A DNA stretch of 64,000 nucleotides from a bacterium (GTDB lineage Bacteria > SAR324 > NAC60-12). The number at the start of each line of letters is the position of its first letter. Positions within the stretch are counted from its first letter, which is position 1. Positions 28,381-38,295 of the stretch are shown one piece after another. The notes under the pieces are model-generated. The model saw only the letters and a list, made by a program, of their open reading frames with translations. It made no database searches and was not told the DNA's origin. The DNA is taken from positions 32,001 through 96,000 of the forward strand of contig CBDDTI010000295.1 in assembly GCA_965233585.1 (NCBI GenBank), in the 5' to 3' direction. Made by a program: the position numbers and the translations under genes.

Positions 28381-29703
28381 CTATACGTAAAGGTTAAGTC
28401 CTGAGGCACTCACTGCCCTTTGATACACTTGAGAAGGTTTGGGTTCTACAACACCAGAAGACGCTCCATGATTGCTCCCGTAGTTTTCACGAAACCCTCC
28501 TTGTTCTGCTTGTTGTCCATCACGTTGAAATGGATTTTGTTCCACGTCTACCGCTAGCTGAAGTTGCTGAAATTCCATATCTTCACGTTTCATTAACATT
28601 TCACGCAAAGAGGCAAGGTCTGATTCAATCATCTGCTTGGCTTCTACTGAGCCAACTAGCATCTCAACTGACAAATTCTCACCTTCTTGGCTTAACTTCA
28701 TACGCATTGAGCCAAGATGCTTTGGGTGGAGTTCAAGAATCAGTTCTTTGACCTCGTTGTCTTCCTTCCGAAATTGAATTTGCGAGGCAATTTTTTCAAG
28801 ATTCATTCGTTGTTCTGTACTTTTGGTTTCTTGTACTTTGGTTGCTTTTTCTGAATCTTGAGTGAATAAATCTTGGGGAGTGTCAATGGAGATGTTGCCA
28901 TCTGACGTCATCTCTTGGGAGTCTGTCAAAATCTCTTGAAGTTGCTCTTCCTGTTGAGCAATAGAATAAGCTGGCGAAAGGGGAGTTTGTGATGAGGTTG
29001 TTTGTTGTTGATTAAATAGTCCAAGTGCCGCTGCAGTAGAAGTTGTTTTGACTTGGGTCTCTGTGGGGGCAAAAACACGTCCCTCTTCAAGAGAAACACC
29101 TTCTCTAGCTAAGATTTCACTTTCTGTCAAGATATTTTGACGGAAGTCTTTCAACAATGATGAATCGTGTTCTATTGACTGTTCATCTAAGACACCAATT
29201 TGTCTGGCGTAAGCATGTTCAAGGTGGTTTTCAATGGTGACTTTATGGTGAGCAGATTGTTGTCCTGTTTCGTTAAAAATGGGGGTCTTTTCACTCATGG
29301 ATAGAGGAAGCTCTGCATTGGTCAACTCTCCCATGCTTTCAAGTGAGCCATTTTGCAAAGGACTCGCTCCTAAATTGGCTTTTGACGCATCAGTTTCAAC
29401 ACGCCATCTTAGCATCTGGTCCACTTGTTCTTGAATTTGTTCTGCCTCAAAAGTCATGGAATGGACATTTGAACTCATAGGACTTGCCACTGCCAGCAGA
29501 CTGGCTTGTTCCATCTGTTCTGCTTGTTGCTCAAGCAAAGAAGGGTCAAGCTCAGTTTCATTCAAAACTCCCTCTATATCAAACGCATTGACGAGACCTT
29601 GCTCTTTAAAGGCTTGAGAAAATTTGCTTGAGCTTTCTGAATTGGGAGTTTTTTGGGGGATGTGGGATTGTTGAAAAGATGTGGGTTGTGATCCAATTTG
29701 CAT
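28381..29703 (-). CDS. fliK: Flagellar hook-length control protein
   Basis: Low-complexity N-terminus, C-terminal LELHPKHLGSMRM (FliK-C) and position upstream of flgD. Confidence 0.85.
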   Translation of the reverse strand: MQIGSQPTSFQQSHIPQKTPNSESSSKFSQAFKEQGLVNAFDIEGVLNETELDPSLLEQQAEQMEQASLLAVASPMSSNVHSMTFEAEQIQEQVDQMLRWRVETDASKANLGASPLQNGSLESMGELTNAELPLSMSEKTPIFNETGQQSAHHKVTIENHLEHAYARQIGVLDEQSIEHDSSLLKDFRQNILTESEILAREGVSLEEGRVFAPTETQVKTTSTAAALGLFNQQQTTSSQTPLSPAYSIAQQEEQLQEILTDSQEMTSDGNISIDTPQDLFTQDSEKATKVQETKSTEQRMNLEKIASQIQFRKEDNEVKELILELHPKHLGSMRMKLSQEGENLSVEMLVGSVEAKQMIESDLASLREMLMKREDMEFQQLQLAVDVEQNPFQRDGQQAEQGGFRENYGSNHGASSGVVEPKPSQVYQRAVSASGLNLYV

Positions 29704-29726
29704 GGCAGCCTTTTCTAAAAATTGAT

Positions 29727-30308
29727 TTACTGTTTACTGGCAATCATTCCAATCAACTTGGCAGATTGCGCCCCGTCCATTTGGGAAAGAATGGCAGCAG
29801 ATGTTTTTTCTTTCATTTTGATTAAGATTTTGACAGCCACTTCAGGCTCCAATGCTGCAAGCGATTGAGCCGCCCTGCCAACTTCCATACGTTCGTAAAA
29901 CGCAATGGTCTTGTTAAACTGCTCATTATCAATGACTTTTTTGCGTTCAATGTCTTCTTGAATAGATTGCTGTAATTTCTCAAGTTGTTGAATTTGCCGC
30001 TTGATGTCATTTTCCAGAGACTTCAGTTGCTGTTCTCTTCTATTGAGTGCAATTTCCTTGGCATCTAACTTTTTTTCTTTCTCGAGCAATTTGGTCAAGA
30101 CTTGCTTCTCACTTTCTGTAAACTTACGAGGCTTCTTGACTTGAGTCTTTTCTTCATCTTTTGGAGAGCAAAAGTCCAAATTCCCTTTTTTACAAAGGTC
30201 TTTCACAAAATCTGGAACATCTACTGCCAAAATAAGACTTGGAAAAGCAATAAACATACCCAAACAGATTGTTTTTTTGACAAAGTGTTTCAACCTCTTC
30301 ATGCCCAC
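29727..30308 (-). CDS. MotE/FlbB-like flagellar protein (MgtE_N-like C-terminus)
   Basis: N-terminal hydrophobic segment, coiled coil, FYERM...AAQSL...MKEKTSAAILSQMD; lies between fliJ and fliK. Confidence 0.75.
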   Translation of the reverse strand: MGMKRLKHFVKKTICLGMFIAFPSLILAVDVPDFVKDLCKKGNLDFCSPKDEEKTQVKKPRKFTESEKQVLTKLLEKEKKLDAKEIALNRREQQLKSLENDIKRQIQQLEKLQQSIQEDIERKKVIDNEQFNKTIAFYERMEVGRAAQSLAALEPEVAVKILIKMKEKTSAAILSQMDGAQSAKLIGMIASKQ

Positions 30309-30384
30309 CTCTGTTTTGATAGTTTCATTGTCAAGTCATTTTTTTGTAAAAACTTCATATCTGCTTCGTGTCTTTTGAAAGGAT

Positions 30385-30831
30385 TCAGACTTGATGGTTT
30401 TGTTTCAACACATGATTTTGTGCAATTTCATCCATTTGTGAACGTTCTAATTGTTCCTGCTTCTTGCGGGCTAAGAGTTCCCTTTTTTCTTTAATGATTT
30501 CTAAAGCTCGTCTTTTTTGACCTGCTTGAGCCACTTCTGAACGTTTGCTTTCCACAAGTTGATTTTGTTCTTGTAGCCTTTGCTGAAGCAAGTTGATTTG
30601 ATACAGTAACCTCTTTTTAAAAGCATTATGTTCTTGTAACACTTGCACCGAAAGAATGCCTGTTTTCAGGCTGTCTGCTTGGAGGTCGCTTTGTGCAATA
30701 GATTGCTGTGCTTGTGCAATTTGGACTTCAAGATTTTTGGCAACTTGAAGCTGTTGGGCATATTCCTTTTGTTTCAGCTTCTCAAGTCGTTTACGAACAT
30801 CTAATGCAGTTTGTAGGCGAAATCTTTCCAT
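30385..30831 (-). CDS. fliJ: Flagellar export protein FliJ
   Basis: FRLQTALDVR N-terminus, coiled coil, ERSQMDEIA C-terminus, 148 aa. Confidence 0.85.
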   Translation of the reverse strand: MERFRLQTALDVRKRLEKLKQKEYAQQLQVAKNLEVQIAQAQQSIAQSDLQADSLKTGILSVQVLQEHNAFKKRLLYQINLLQQRLQEQNQLVESKRSEVAQAGQKRRALEIIKEKRELLARKKQEQLERSQMDEIAQNHVLKQNHQV

Positions 30832-30924
30832 CTTGTCTTCTGCTATACAAATAAAATGCCATTTGAAAGATTTTGATTTTGGAGTAAGCTATTTGGCTTG
30901 GACCAATCTGCAACCTTGACATTG

Positions 30925-32913
30925 ATGAGCTTTTTGAACCAAGACCTTCAACCCCCTTTTTATTGTTTGTTTTATCGTGAAAGTCAGCTGACTTTAGGCT
31001 GGGTTGAATCCCAACAAAACACGAAAGTTGAACTTTGGACAGCACACTCCTCCAAGTCTTCACTCCTCAAACTTAACAGACTTGAATTGTTTTGGAAGCC
31101 TCCCAACATGAAGACTGAACGTCAAGAAGCCGTTGCAAGCCTTAAAGCACTCCATGAAAACCTTTTGCACCTTGCTCAAAGTTGTCCGATTGAGGAACTT
31201 TATGAGTTGAGTGAGGCAAATGTAGAGTATTCATTGGAAGATTTGGTGACTGTGGTCTTTGCCTCGTCTGACCAAATTCACGAGGCTGTCTCGCTCTTTT
31301 TGGCTCTGGAACAAGACCGACGCTTTTTCAAACGAAAACACAAAAATTACATTGCACGCACGTCTGAAGAAATTGCTCTCATAGACAAACAGCAGGAAGC
31401 CTTGTTGAAAGAACAACAATTTGCACAACAGACAAAAGATTGGATTCAAGAATTAGAAGATGGCATTTGGACTCAAAAGACGGCTTCTGAGGAACAAAAG
31501 TTGTGGTTGAGGCAAATTTTGCATTTGTTGGTTCATGGGAAAAATGCTCCGCATTGGTCAAGATTTGCCAATGTGCTTGCTCTCAAACAAGTCTCTCGTG
31601 GTGAACCAGATGAATTGTTTTTGCTAAAAATTCTGCAACAGGCAGATTGCAAACCTTCATTTGGCAGGCTGACTTTGTTGCGTGCAGGGGTCAAGTATGA
31701 CTTCCCCAAAGCATTGGAAGAAGAAGCTCTTGCTATCACAAATGCCCCTTTTACGACACCACAAGCACCCATGAAGGCATTCACGATTGACGGGGTCAAA
31801 ACCAAAGATTATGACGATGCGATTTCAGTCATTGAATATGGCGATTCTCAAATCAAGTTAGCTGTGCATATTGCTGACTTATCCTCTCTTGGCAAAGAAT
31901 CGTCATTGTTCCAAGAGTGTTTGAAACGCGTGTCTTCCGTTTACACAATCAAGCAAAACTTTCCCATGCTTCCTGAGGTGCTTTCAGAAGATTATTATTC
32001 ATTGCGTGCGGGACAAGTCAGGCAGGTCGTCAGTTTTTATTTTGACATCTTGCATGACGGACGCACCACCTTGCAAGGTATCAAACAACAAGCCATTGAC
32101 ATTGAAACAAACTACACTTATGAGGAAGCCGATGAGTTGATTGAGACACAAGAGACTTTTTGGGGAACGTTTTCAAGGTATTTGGAGGCAGTACGATTAC
32201 TTCGTTTGGAAGAAGGGGCTTTGGACTTTCCACATCAAGAAGTAGAAATCAAAACACAAGATGCAATCCAAATCACTCTGGTAGATCGCAATACTGCTGC
32301 TAATCGTTTAATAGAAGAACTTGCTGTTTTGGTCAACCAGACATCAGGAGCCTTTTTTTGTCAAAATCAAATCCCTGCTTTGTACCGCACTCAAACCTAT
32401 GACATTTTGCAAGAACCCCCGGAAGGTGAGCCATTCAAACGAAGCGATGTCAGACTAGCAAGCACTCAAACCTCCACAATCCCCGCAGCTCATCAAGCAC
32501 TGGGTTGTTTAAATTACGTCCAAAACACCTCTCCTATTAGAAGATTTTCTGACCTCGTCATGCAATCGCAAATGACACACTTTCTACAACATCAAACCCC
32601 TTTATTTGATGAAGACACTTTGATTGGCTACATGCCACAAATTGACACACGTCAACGTGCTTACAACTCTGCCACAAAAGACCTAGAAACCCACTGGAAG
32701 TTTAAATACCTCAAACAACACGAAGGAGAAACCTTTACAGGACGCATTCAAAGAAGCCTGTCTTATGGACGTGTAGAAATCTTGCTAGATGCCATTCTTC
32801 TCACCTTTGCACATTCCAAAATTGACGCACCTCATCAACTCCCCTTACTCTTCAAAATCCAAACAGTTGACTTAGAACACCGCACAGCCTCTGTCTTTCT
32901 TCAATCACTTTAA
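30925..32913 (+). CDS. RNB-domain exoribonuclease (RNase II family)
   Basis: TIDGVKTKDYDDAIS, VHIAD and TSPIRRFSDL motifs. Confidence 0.88.
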   Translation: MSFLNQDLQPPFYCLFYRESQLTLGWVESQQNTKVELWTAHSSKSSLLKLNRLELFWKPPNMKTERQEAVASLKALHENLLHLAQSCPIEELYELSEANVEYSLEDLVTVVFASSDQIHEAVSLFLALEQDRRFFKRKHKNYIARTSEEIALIDKQQEALLKEQQFAQQTKDWIQELEDGIWTQKTASEEQKLWLRQILHLLVHGKNAPHWSRFANVLALKQVSRGEPDELFLLKILQQADCKPSFGRLTLLRAGVKYDFPKALEEEALAITNAPFTTPQAPMKAFTIDGVKTKDYDDAISVIEYGDSQIKLAVHIADLSSLGKESSLFQECLKRVSSVYTIKQNFPMLPEVLSEDYYSLRAGQVRQVVSFYFDILHDGRTTLQGIKQQAIDIETNYTYEEADELIETQETFWGTFSRYLEAVRLLRLEEGALDFPHQEVEIKTQDAIQITLVDRNTAANRLIEELAVLVNQTSGAFFCQNQIPALYRTQTYDILQEPPEGEPFKRSDVRLASTQTSTIPAAHQALGCLNYVQNTSPIRRFSDLVMQSQMTHFLQHQTPLFDEDTLIGYMPQIDTRQRAYNSATKDLETHWKFKYLKQHEGETFTGRIQRSLSYGRVEILLDAILLTFAHSKIDAPHQLPLLFKIQTVDLEHRTASVFLQSL

Positions 32914-33041
32914 AAAAGAACTGACCAGATTGTCCTAAATTTCATAATCAGAAGGGAGAATTTGGGAAGCAAAGAAGGAACCTTGCCTTTGAAAGAAGTT
33001 GAAAGAAAGAGAACTAAATCGGCTTATAAAGGAAAAGAACT

Positions 33042-33114
33042 CTAGCTTTTTTGCAAAAGCTAGGTTTGAGATTTAGAATTGAGGAATCCCTAGCCTTCTT
33101 TGCAAAAGGCTAGG
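33042..33114 (-). terminator. Twin GCAA-loop hairpins after FN3 gene copy 1
   Basis: Gene-strand CCTAGCCTTTT-GCAA-AGAAGGCTAGG and CTAGCTTTT-GCAA-AAAAGCTAG, followed by a pyrimidine tract. Confidence 0.7.
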
Positions 33115-33126
33115 AAAAGGGGAAGA

Positions 33127-35283
33127 TTAGAAACTGACCCAAGAAGAACACCCATTTGCGTTACAAGCTTTGACTTTATAACTTTTGGTCACTGACCTAA
33201 ATGAGGTCTGTGTCGTAGTCCCACCTCCTCCTCTATCACTTGTCATATAGTAAGTAGCACCTGAGACAGATGACCAGCTATGAGAATACCCACCAGAAAT
33301 GCGTACCCTTCTAGCATTTCTTGGAGGAAAGGGATAACTAGGAGTCATAATAGAAGCAGTGTTAGACCAAGAGCAACTACCACTAGAATTACAAGTTTGG
33401 ACTCGGTAATAGTATCCTGTATTGATACTTAAACTAGATGAGGTATCTGTGAAATTTGGCGTGGTCGGTATCCCAACCTTTGTATCAGAATCTGTCACAG
33501 TGCTACCAGTATCTCTGTAAACGTGATACTTAGATGCACCAGAAACTCCAGACCATGAAATCCTCACTCTTCCTTTATTAGAACCACTGGAAAGAATAGA
33601 CAAACTAATGCTGACAGGAGAAGGTGCAGTCTTAATAGAGGCAACGTTAGACCAAGAACAACTACCGCTAGAATTACAAGTTTGGATTCGAAAATGGTAG
33701 GTTGTGTTGGCAGTCAATTCAGCACTCACTATGAATCCCACTGTGGTAAATATCCCAATTTTCGTACCAGGAGGGTTGCTGGTATCGCCGTAAATGTGAT
33801 ATTTAGACGCACCTGAAACTGCAGACCATGTCCCCTGAATCTTCCCTTTGTAAGTCCCTGAAGTGACAATAGACATGCTGAGGCTGACAGCAGAAGGTGG
33901 AGACTTAATAGATTTTGCAACAGATTTTGCAGAACAGCCTGCCGCATTACAAGCATCTATTTTGTAGTAGTATGTTGTGTTAACGCTAGCAGTGGTGTCT
34001 GTATAGTCTGGTGTGTTCTCTGTACTGATTTTAGAGAATCCACTGCTTGCACTGGTGCTTCTGTAAACAGTGTAGCTTGTCGCTCCAGTCACGCTATCCC
34101 AGTTTATTCTGATCTTTCCTGCACTACTATCATCAGCACCAAGTATGGAAACGCTCTTGATTGTGGGAGTGTTAGGCTTGGACACTGCCCCCGGTAGATT
34201 CACACCAGCAGAAGCAACAGAAAGAGATGAGCAACCTGCAACATTGCATGCCTTCACTTTGTAGTAATAAGTTGAGCCTCTGGTTGCCGTATCTGTGTAA
34301 GTCGTGCCTGAATTGACTGTCGCTACTTTGGAGCTAAATGCACCACCACTGCTTGTGTCACTGTACACCTCATAACTTGTTGCTCCAGACAATCCACTCC
34401 AAGACACCGTGATTGTCGTCGCAGAGGCTTTTGCTGCTGTCGGCTTGCTAGGTGCATTGGGCTTGGACACTGCCCCCGGTAAATTGACACCAGCAGAAAC
34501 AACGGAAAAAGATGAACACCCTGACGCATTGCATGCCTTCACTTTGTAGTAATAAGTTGCCCCTCTGGGTGCTGTATCTGTGTAAGTCGTGCCTGAATTG
34601 ACTGTCGCTACTTTGGAGCTAAATGAACCACCGCTGTTGGTGTCACTGTACACTTCATAGCTGGTTGCTCCAGACACTGCAATCCAAGACACTGTGATTG
34701 TTGTTGCAGAGGCTTTCACTGCTGTCGGTTGAGATGGACTGCTAGGTGCAGAACCAGATGGCGAACTCGGAGACGAAGGAGGTCCAGATGGAGAATCAGA
34801 CGGAGAGCTGGAAGGGGAACGTGGAGAACTGGCAGGAACAACCTTGAAGTCTTCACTAAATTTAGCACCTAGCACCCTGCCTGACACTTTGCCTGTTCCC
34901 ATTTTTAAACCCTTGACCTGTACTTTCTTCTCAAAATCTGACTTCTTGTCTAAAATCAAAATCAAAGATCCTGTCTCTGCTTCAGAGTCTAATTTGCCAT
35001 CTTCCTTGTAAACTTTGATAGAAATCAGGTCTTTGTTATATTGAACTTTTAACTTTTTGCCTTGATAAAGAGAGCCAATATTTGTGCAACTGATCTTTGC
35101 CTCTTTCACAACGTCTTTTTGCAACGTCCCTTTTGCACTCAAATCACATTGAGGCTTTTCTGAACTCTGTGCGTCGTCTTCACTGCTTTCTCCTGCTGGA
35201 GGTTGACAAGCCACGAACACAAACATCAACAACCCAAACGAAAGTTTCCATAACTTCCACGATTTTTTGACTTTTCCAAACAT
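33127..35283 (-). CDS. FN3-repeat lipoprotein, array copy 1 (718 aa)
   Basis: Lipobox-like FVAC (Cys26), Ser/Pro linker, FN3 repeats with YYYKVKACNxxGCS; GGAG RBS before ATG 35283. Confidence 0.88.
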   Translation of the reverse strand: MFGKVKKSWKLWKLSFGLLMFVFVACQPPAGESSEDDAQSSEKPQCDLSAKGTLQKDVVKEAKISCTNIGSLYQGKKLKVQYNKDLISIKVYKEDGKLDSEAETGSLILILDKKSDFEKKVQVKGLKMGTGKVSGRVLGAKFSEDFKVVPASSPRSPSSSPSDSPSGPPSSPSSPSGSAPSSPSQPTAVKASATTITVSWIAVSGATSYEVYSDTNSGGSFSSKVATVNSGTTYTDTAPRGATYYYKVKACNASGCSSFSVVSAGVNLPGAVSKPNAPSKPTAAKASATTITVSWSGLSGATSYEVYSDTSSGGAFSSKVATVNSGTTYTDTATRGSTYYYKVKACNVAGCSSLSVASAGVNLPGAVSKPNTPTIKSVSILGADDSSAGKIRINWDSVTGATSYTVYRSTSASSGFSKISTENTPDYTDTTASVNTTYYYKIDACNAAGCSAKSVAKSIKSPPSAVSLSMSIVTSGTYKGKIQGTWSAVSGASKYHIYGDTSNPPGTKIGIFTTVGFIVSAELTANTTYHFRIQTCNSSGSCSWSNVASIKTAPSPVSISLSILSSGSNKGRVRISWSGVSGASKYHVYRDTGSTVTDSDTKVGIPTTPNFTDTSSSLSINTGYYYRVQTCNSSGSCSWSNTASIMTPSYPFPPRNARRVRISGGYSHSWSSVSGATYYMTSDRGGGGTTTQTSFRSVTKSYKVKACNANGCSSWVSF

Positions 35284-35325
35284 CTCTTTTCTCCCGCATC
35301 TTGGGCTAGGCAATAAAAGGGAATT

Positions 35326-35355
35326 ATTCTACCCAAGACTCACAGGAAATGTCAA
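35326..35355 (-). promoter_or_regulatory. Duplicated sigma70 promoter of copy 1
   Basis: TTGACA-N18-TAGAAT on the minus strand, conserved in front of four array genes. Confidence 0.7.
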
Positions 35356-35489
35356 TGAAAATTTTGATCAGGGTTGATGTGTCTCAACTCATGTTTTGAA
35401 TCAGGCAGCAACTTGAGCCTTCCTTTGCCAAAGGAGTGTGTTTGAGAATGTGGTACGAAGCAAGACAACAATGAGAGTGAGAAGAAAAG

Positions 35490-35565
35490 AACCCAGCTTT
35501 TTTGCAAAAGCTAGGTTTGAGATTTAGAATTGAGGAATCCCTAGCTTTCTTTGCAAAAGGCTAGG
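35490..35565 (-). terminator. Twin GCAA-loop hairpins after copy 2
   Basis: AACCTAGCTTTT-GCAA-AAAAGCTGGGTT then CTTTTCTTCT on the gene strand, plus a second hairpin nearer the stop. Confidence 0.7.
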
Positions 35566-35575
35566 AAGGGAGAGA

Positions 35576-38023
35576 TTAGAAATTGACCCAAGCAGAACAC
35601 CCATTGGAATTGCATGCCCTGACTGATGTGTATGTTCTAGGTGAGAAAAGTGCAACAGTGCCATGATTTATAATAGAACCGTCAGACTTAAGGAGCTGGT
35701 ATGAAGCCGATGAAACAGGTCCCCATCTGTAATAATCTCCTGACTTTTTAGCAAATCCTGGAGCAGAAGGATAATTAGGAGTCGTAATAGAGGGAGTGTT
35801 AGACCATGAACAATTACTAGAATTACAAGTTTGAACTCGGTAATAATATTTTGTATTACCACTTGCAGACGTATCTGTGACGTTCGGTGAGGTCTCTGTT
35901 GAAACCTTTGTATCAGAATCTGTCACAGTGCGACTGGTGTCTCTATAAATGTGATATTTAGACGCACCTGAAACTCCAGACCAAGTCACCCTCACTCTCC
36001 CTTTATCGGCACCGCTAGAAAGAGTGGACAAACTAATGCTGACAGGTGAAGGAGGAGTCGTAATAGAGGCAGTGTCAGACCAAGAGCAACTGCCACCACT
36101 ATTACAGACTTTCATTCGGTAATAGTATTTTTGATTTGAGGATGATGTTCCATCTGTTCTTTTTCTTGAACTCGCACGAGGAATATTAGGATAAGTGGCA
36201 ATTTTTGTATCAGAGTCTGTCACATCACTACTGGTGTCCCTATAGACGTGATATTGACGTCCCTGTGCGGCCAAAGACCATGAAAATACTACTTTCCCTT
36301 TATGGGAACCATCATCTCTGATGCTCAAAGTGAGGGGAGCTGGCTTTGGAGGTGCAGACTTAATAGACTTGACAGCAGAATCTGCAGAACAGCCTGCCGT
36401 ATTACAAGCATTTATTTTGTAGTAGTATGTTGTGTTAACGCCAGCAGTGGTGTCTGTCATGCCTGACGTGGTCTCTGTGCTGATTTTAGAGAATCCACTG
36501 CTTGCACTGGTGCTTCTGTAAACATTGTAGCTGGTCGCTCCAGTGATGCTATCCCAGTCTATTCTGACCTTTCCTGCACTACTATCATCGGCACCAAGTA
36601 TGGAAACGTTGATTGTAGGGACACTGGGTTTGGACACTGCCCCCGGCAGATTGACACCAGCAGAAGCAACAGAAAGGGATGAACAACCTGAAGCATTGCA
36701 TGCCTTCACTTTGTAGTAATAAGTTGACCCTCTGGGTGCTGTATCTGTGTAAGATGTACCTGAATTGACTGTTGCCACTTTGGAGCTAAATGAACCACCA
36801 TCGCTTGTGTCACTGTACACCTCATAACTTGTTGCTCCAGACACTCCACTCCAAGACACCGTGATTGTTGTTGCAGAGGCTTTCACTGCTGCCGGCTTGC
36901 TAGGTGCATTGGGCTTGGACACTGCACCCGGATTGACACCAGCAGAAGCAACAGAAAGAGATGAGCAACCTGCCGCATTGCATGCCTTCACTTTGTAGTA
37001 ATAAGTTGACCCTCTGGGTGCTGTATCTGTGTAAGATGTACCTGAATTGACCGTTCCTACTTTGGAGCTAAATGCACCACCACCGCTTGTGTCACGATGC
37101 ACTTCATAACTGGTTGCTCCAGTTTTTGCACTCCAAGACACTGTGATTGTTGTTGCAGAGGCTTTCACTGCTGTCGGCTTGCTAGGTGCATTGGGCTTGG
37201 ACACTGCACCCGGTAAATTGACACCAGCAGAAACCACGGAAAAAGATGAACAACCTGAGGCATTGCATGCCTTCACTTTGTAGTAATAAGTTGCCCCTCT
37301 GGGTGCTGTATCTGTGTAAGTTGTGCCTGAATTGACCGTTGCTACTTTGGAACTGAATGACCCAATACTGCTGGTATCGCTGTACACTTCATAACTGGTT
37401 GCTCCAGACACCCCATTCCAAGACACTGTAATTGTTGTCGCAGAGGCTTTCACTGCTGTCGGTTGAGATGGACTGCTAGGTGCAGAACCAGATGGCGAAT
37501 CAGACGGAGAACTCGGATACGAAGGAGAGCCAGAAGGAGAATCAGACGGAGAACTTGGTGAACTCAAACTAGCAGGAACAACCTTGATTTCTGCACTAAA
37601 TCTGGCACTTAATACTTTGCCTGACACCTTGCTTGATCCCAGTTTTAATCCCTTGACCTGTACTTTCTTTTCAAAATCTGACTTCTTGTCTAAAATCAAA
37701 ATCAAAGACCCTGTCTCTGCTGCAGAATCTACCTTGCCATCTTCCTTGTAAACTTTGATAGAAACCAAGCCTTTATTATACTGGACTTTTAACTTCTTGC
37801 CTTGATAAAAGGAGCCGATGTTTGTGCAAATGATCTTTGCCTCTTTCACAACATCTTTTTGCAACGTTCCTTTTGCACTCAAATCACATTTGGGCTTTTC
37901 TGAACTCTGTGTGTCGTCTTCACTGCTTTCTTCTGCTGGAGGTTGACAAGCAACAAAGACAAACATCAACAATCCAAACGGAAGTTTCCATAACTTCCAC
38001 GATTTCTTTGCTTCTCCAAACAT
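35576..38023 (-). CDS. FN3-repeat lipoprotein, array copy 2 (815 aa; three proximal repeats)
   Basis: Same architecture as copy 1 with one extra ATTITVSW-type FN3 repeat. Confidence 0.88.
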   Translation of the reverse strand: MFGEAKKSWKLWKLPFGLLMFVFVACQPPAEESSEDDTQSSEKPKCDLSAKGTLQKDVVKEAKIICTNIGSFYQGKKLKVQYNKGLVSIKVYKEDGKVDSAAETGSLILILDKKSDFEKKVQVKGLKLGSSKVSGKVLSARFSAEIKVVPASLSSPSSPSDSPSGSPSYPSSPSDSPSGSAPSSPSQPTAVKASATTITVSWNGVSGATSYEVYSDTSSIGSFSSKVATVNSGTTYTDTAPRGATYYYKVKACNASGCSSFSVVSAGVNLPGAVSKPNAPSKPTAVKASATTITVSWSAKTGATSYEVHRDTSGGGAFSSKVGTVNSGTSYTDTAPRGSTYYYKVKACNAAGCSSLSVASAGVNPGAVSKPNAPSKPAAVKASATTITVSWSGVSGATSYEVYSDTSDGGSFSSKVATVNSGTSYTDTAPRGSTYYYKVKACNASGCSSLSVASAGVNLPGAVSKPSVPTINVSILGADDSSAGKVRIDWDSITGATSYNVYRSTSASSGFSKISTETTSGMTDTTAGVNTTYYYKINACNTAGCSADSAVKSIKSAPPKPAPLTLSIRDDGSHKGKVVFSWSLAAQGRQYHVYRDTSSDVTDSDTKIATYPNIPRASSRKRTDGTSSSNQKYYYRMKVCNSGGSCSWSDTASITTPPSPVSISLSTLSSGADKGRVRVTWSGVSGASKYHIYRDTSRTVTDSDTKVSTETSPNVTDTSASGNTKYYYRVQTCNSSNCSWSNTPSITTPNYPSAPGFAKKSGDYYRWGPVSSASYQLLKSDGSIINHGTVALFSPRTYTSVRACNSNGCSAWVNF

Positions 38024-38066
38024 CTCTTTTCTCCTGTATCTTGGGCTCAGACAATAAAAGGGCTCT

Positions 38067-38096
38067 ATTCTAACCAAGACTCACAGAGAACGTCAA
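38067..38096 (-). promoter_or_regulatory. Duplicated sigma70 promoter of copy 2
   Basis: TTGACG-N18-TAGAAT. Confidence 0.65.
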
Positions 38097-38203
38097 TGAA
38101 AATTTTGATATAGAGTTGATGCAATTCAATCCATGTTGTGAATCAAGCGGTTACTTTAGCTTTCCTTTGCCAAAGGGGACAACAATGAGAGTAAGAAGAA
38201 AAG

Positions 38204-38278
38204 AACCCAGCTTTTTTGCAAAAGCTAGGTTTTGGATTTTGGAATTGAGAACTCCCAGCCCTTTTGCAAAAGGCTAGG
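38204..38278 (-). terminator. Twin GCAA-loop hairpins after copy 3
   Basis: Same paired inverted repeats as at 35490. Confidence 0.7.
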
Positions 38279-38295
38279 AAAGGGAGAAAAGTGAC

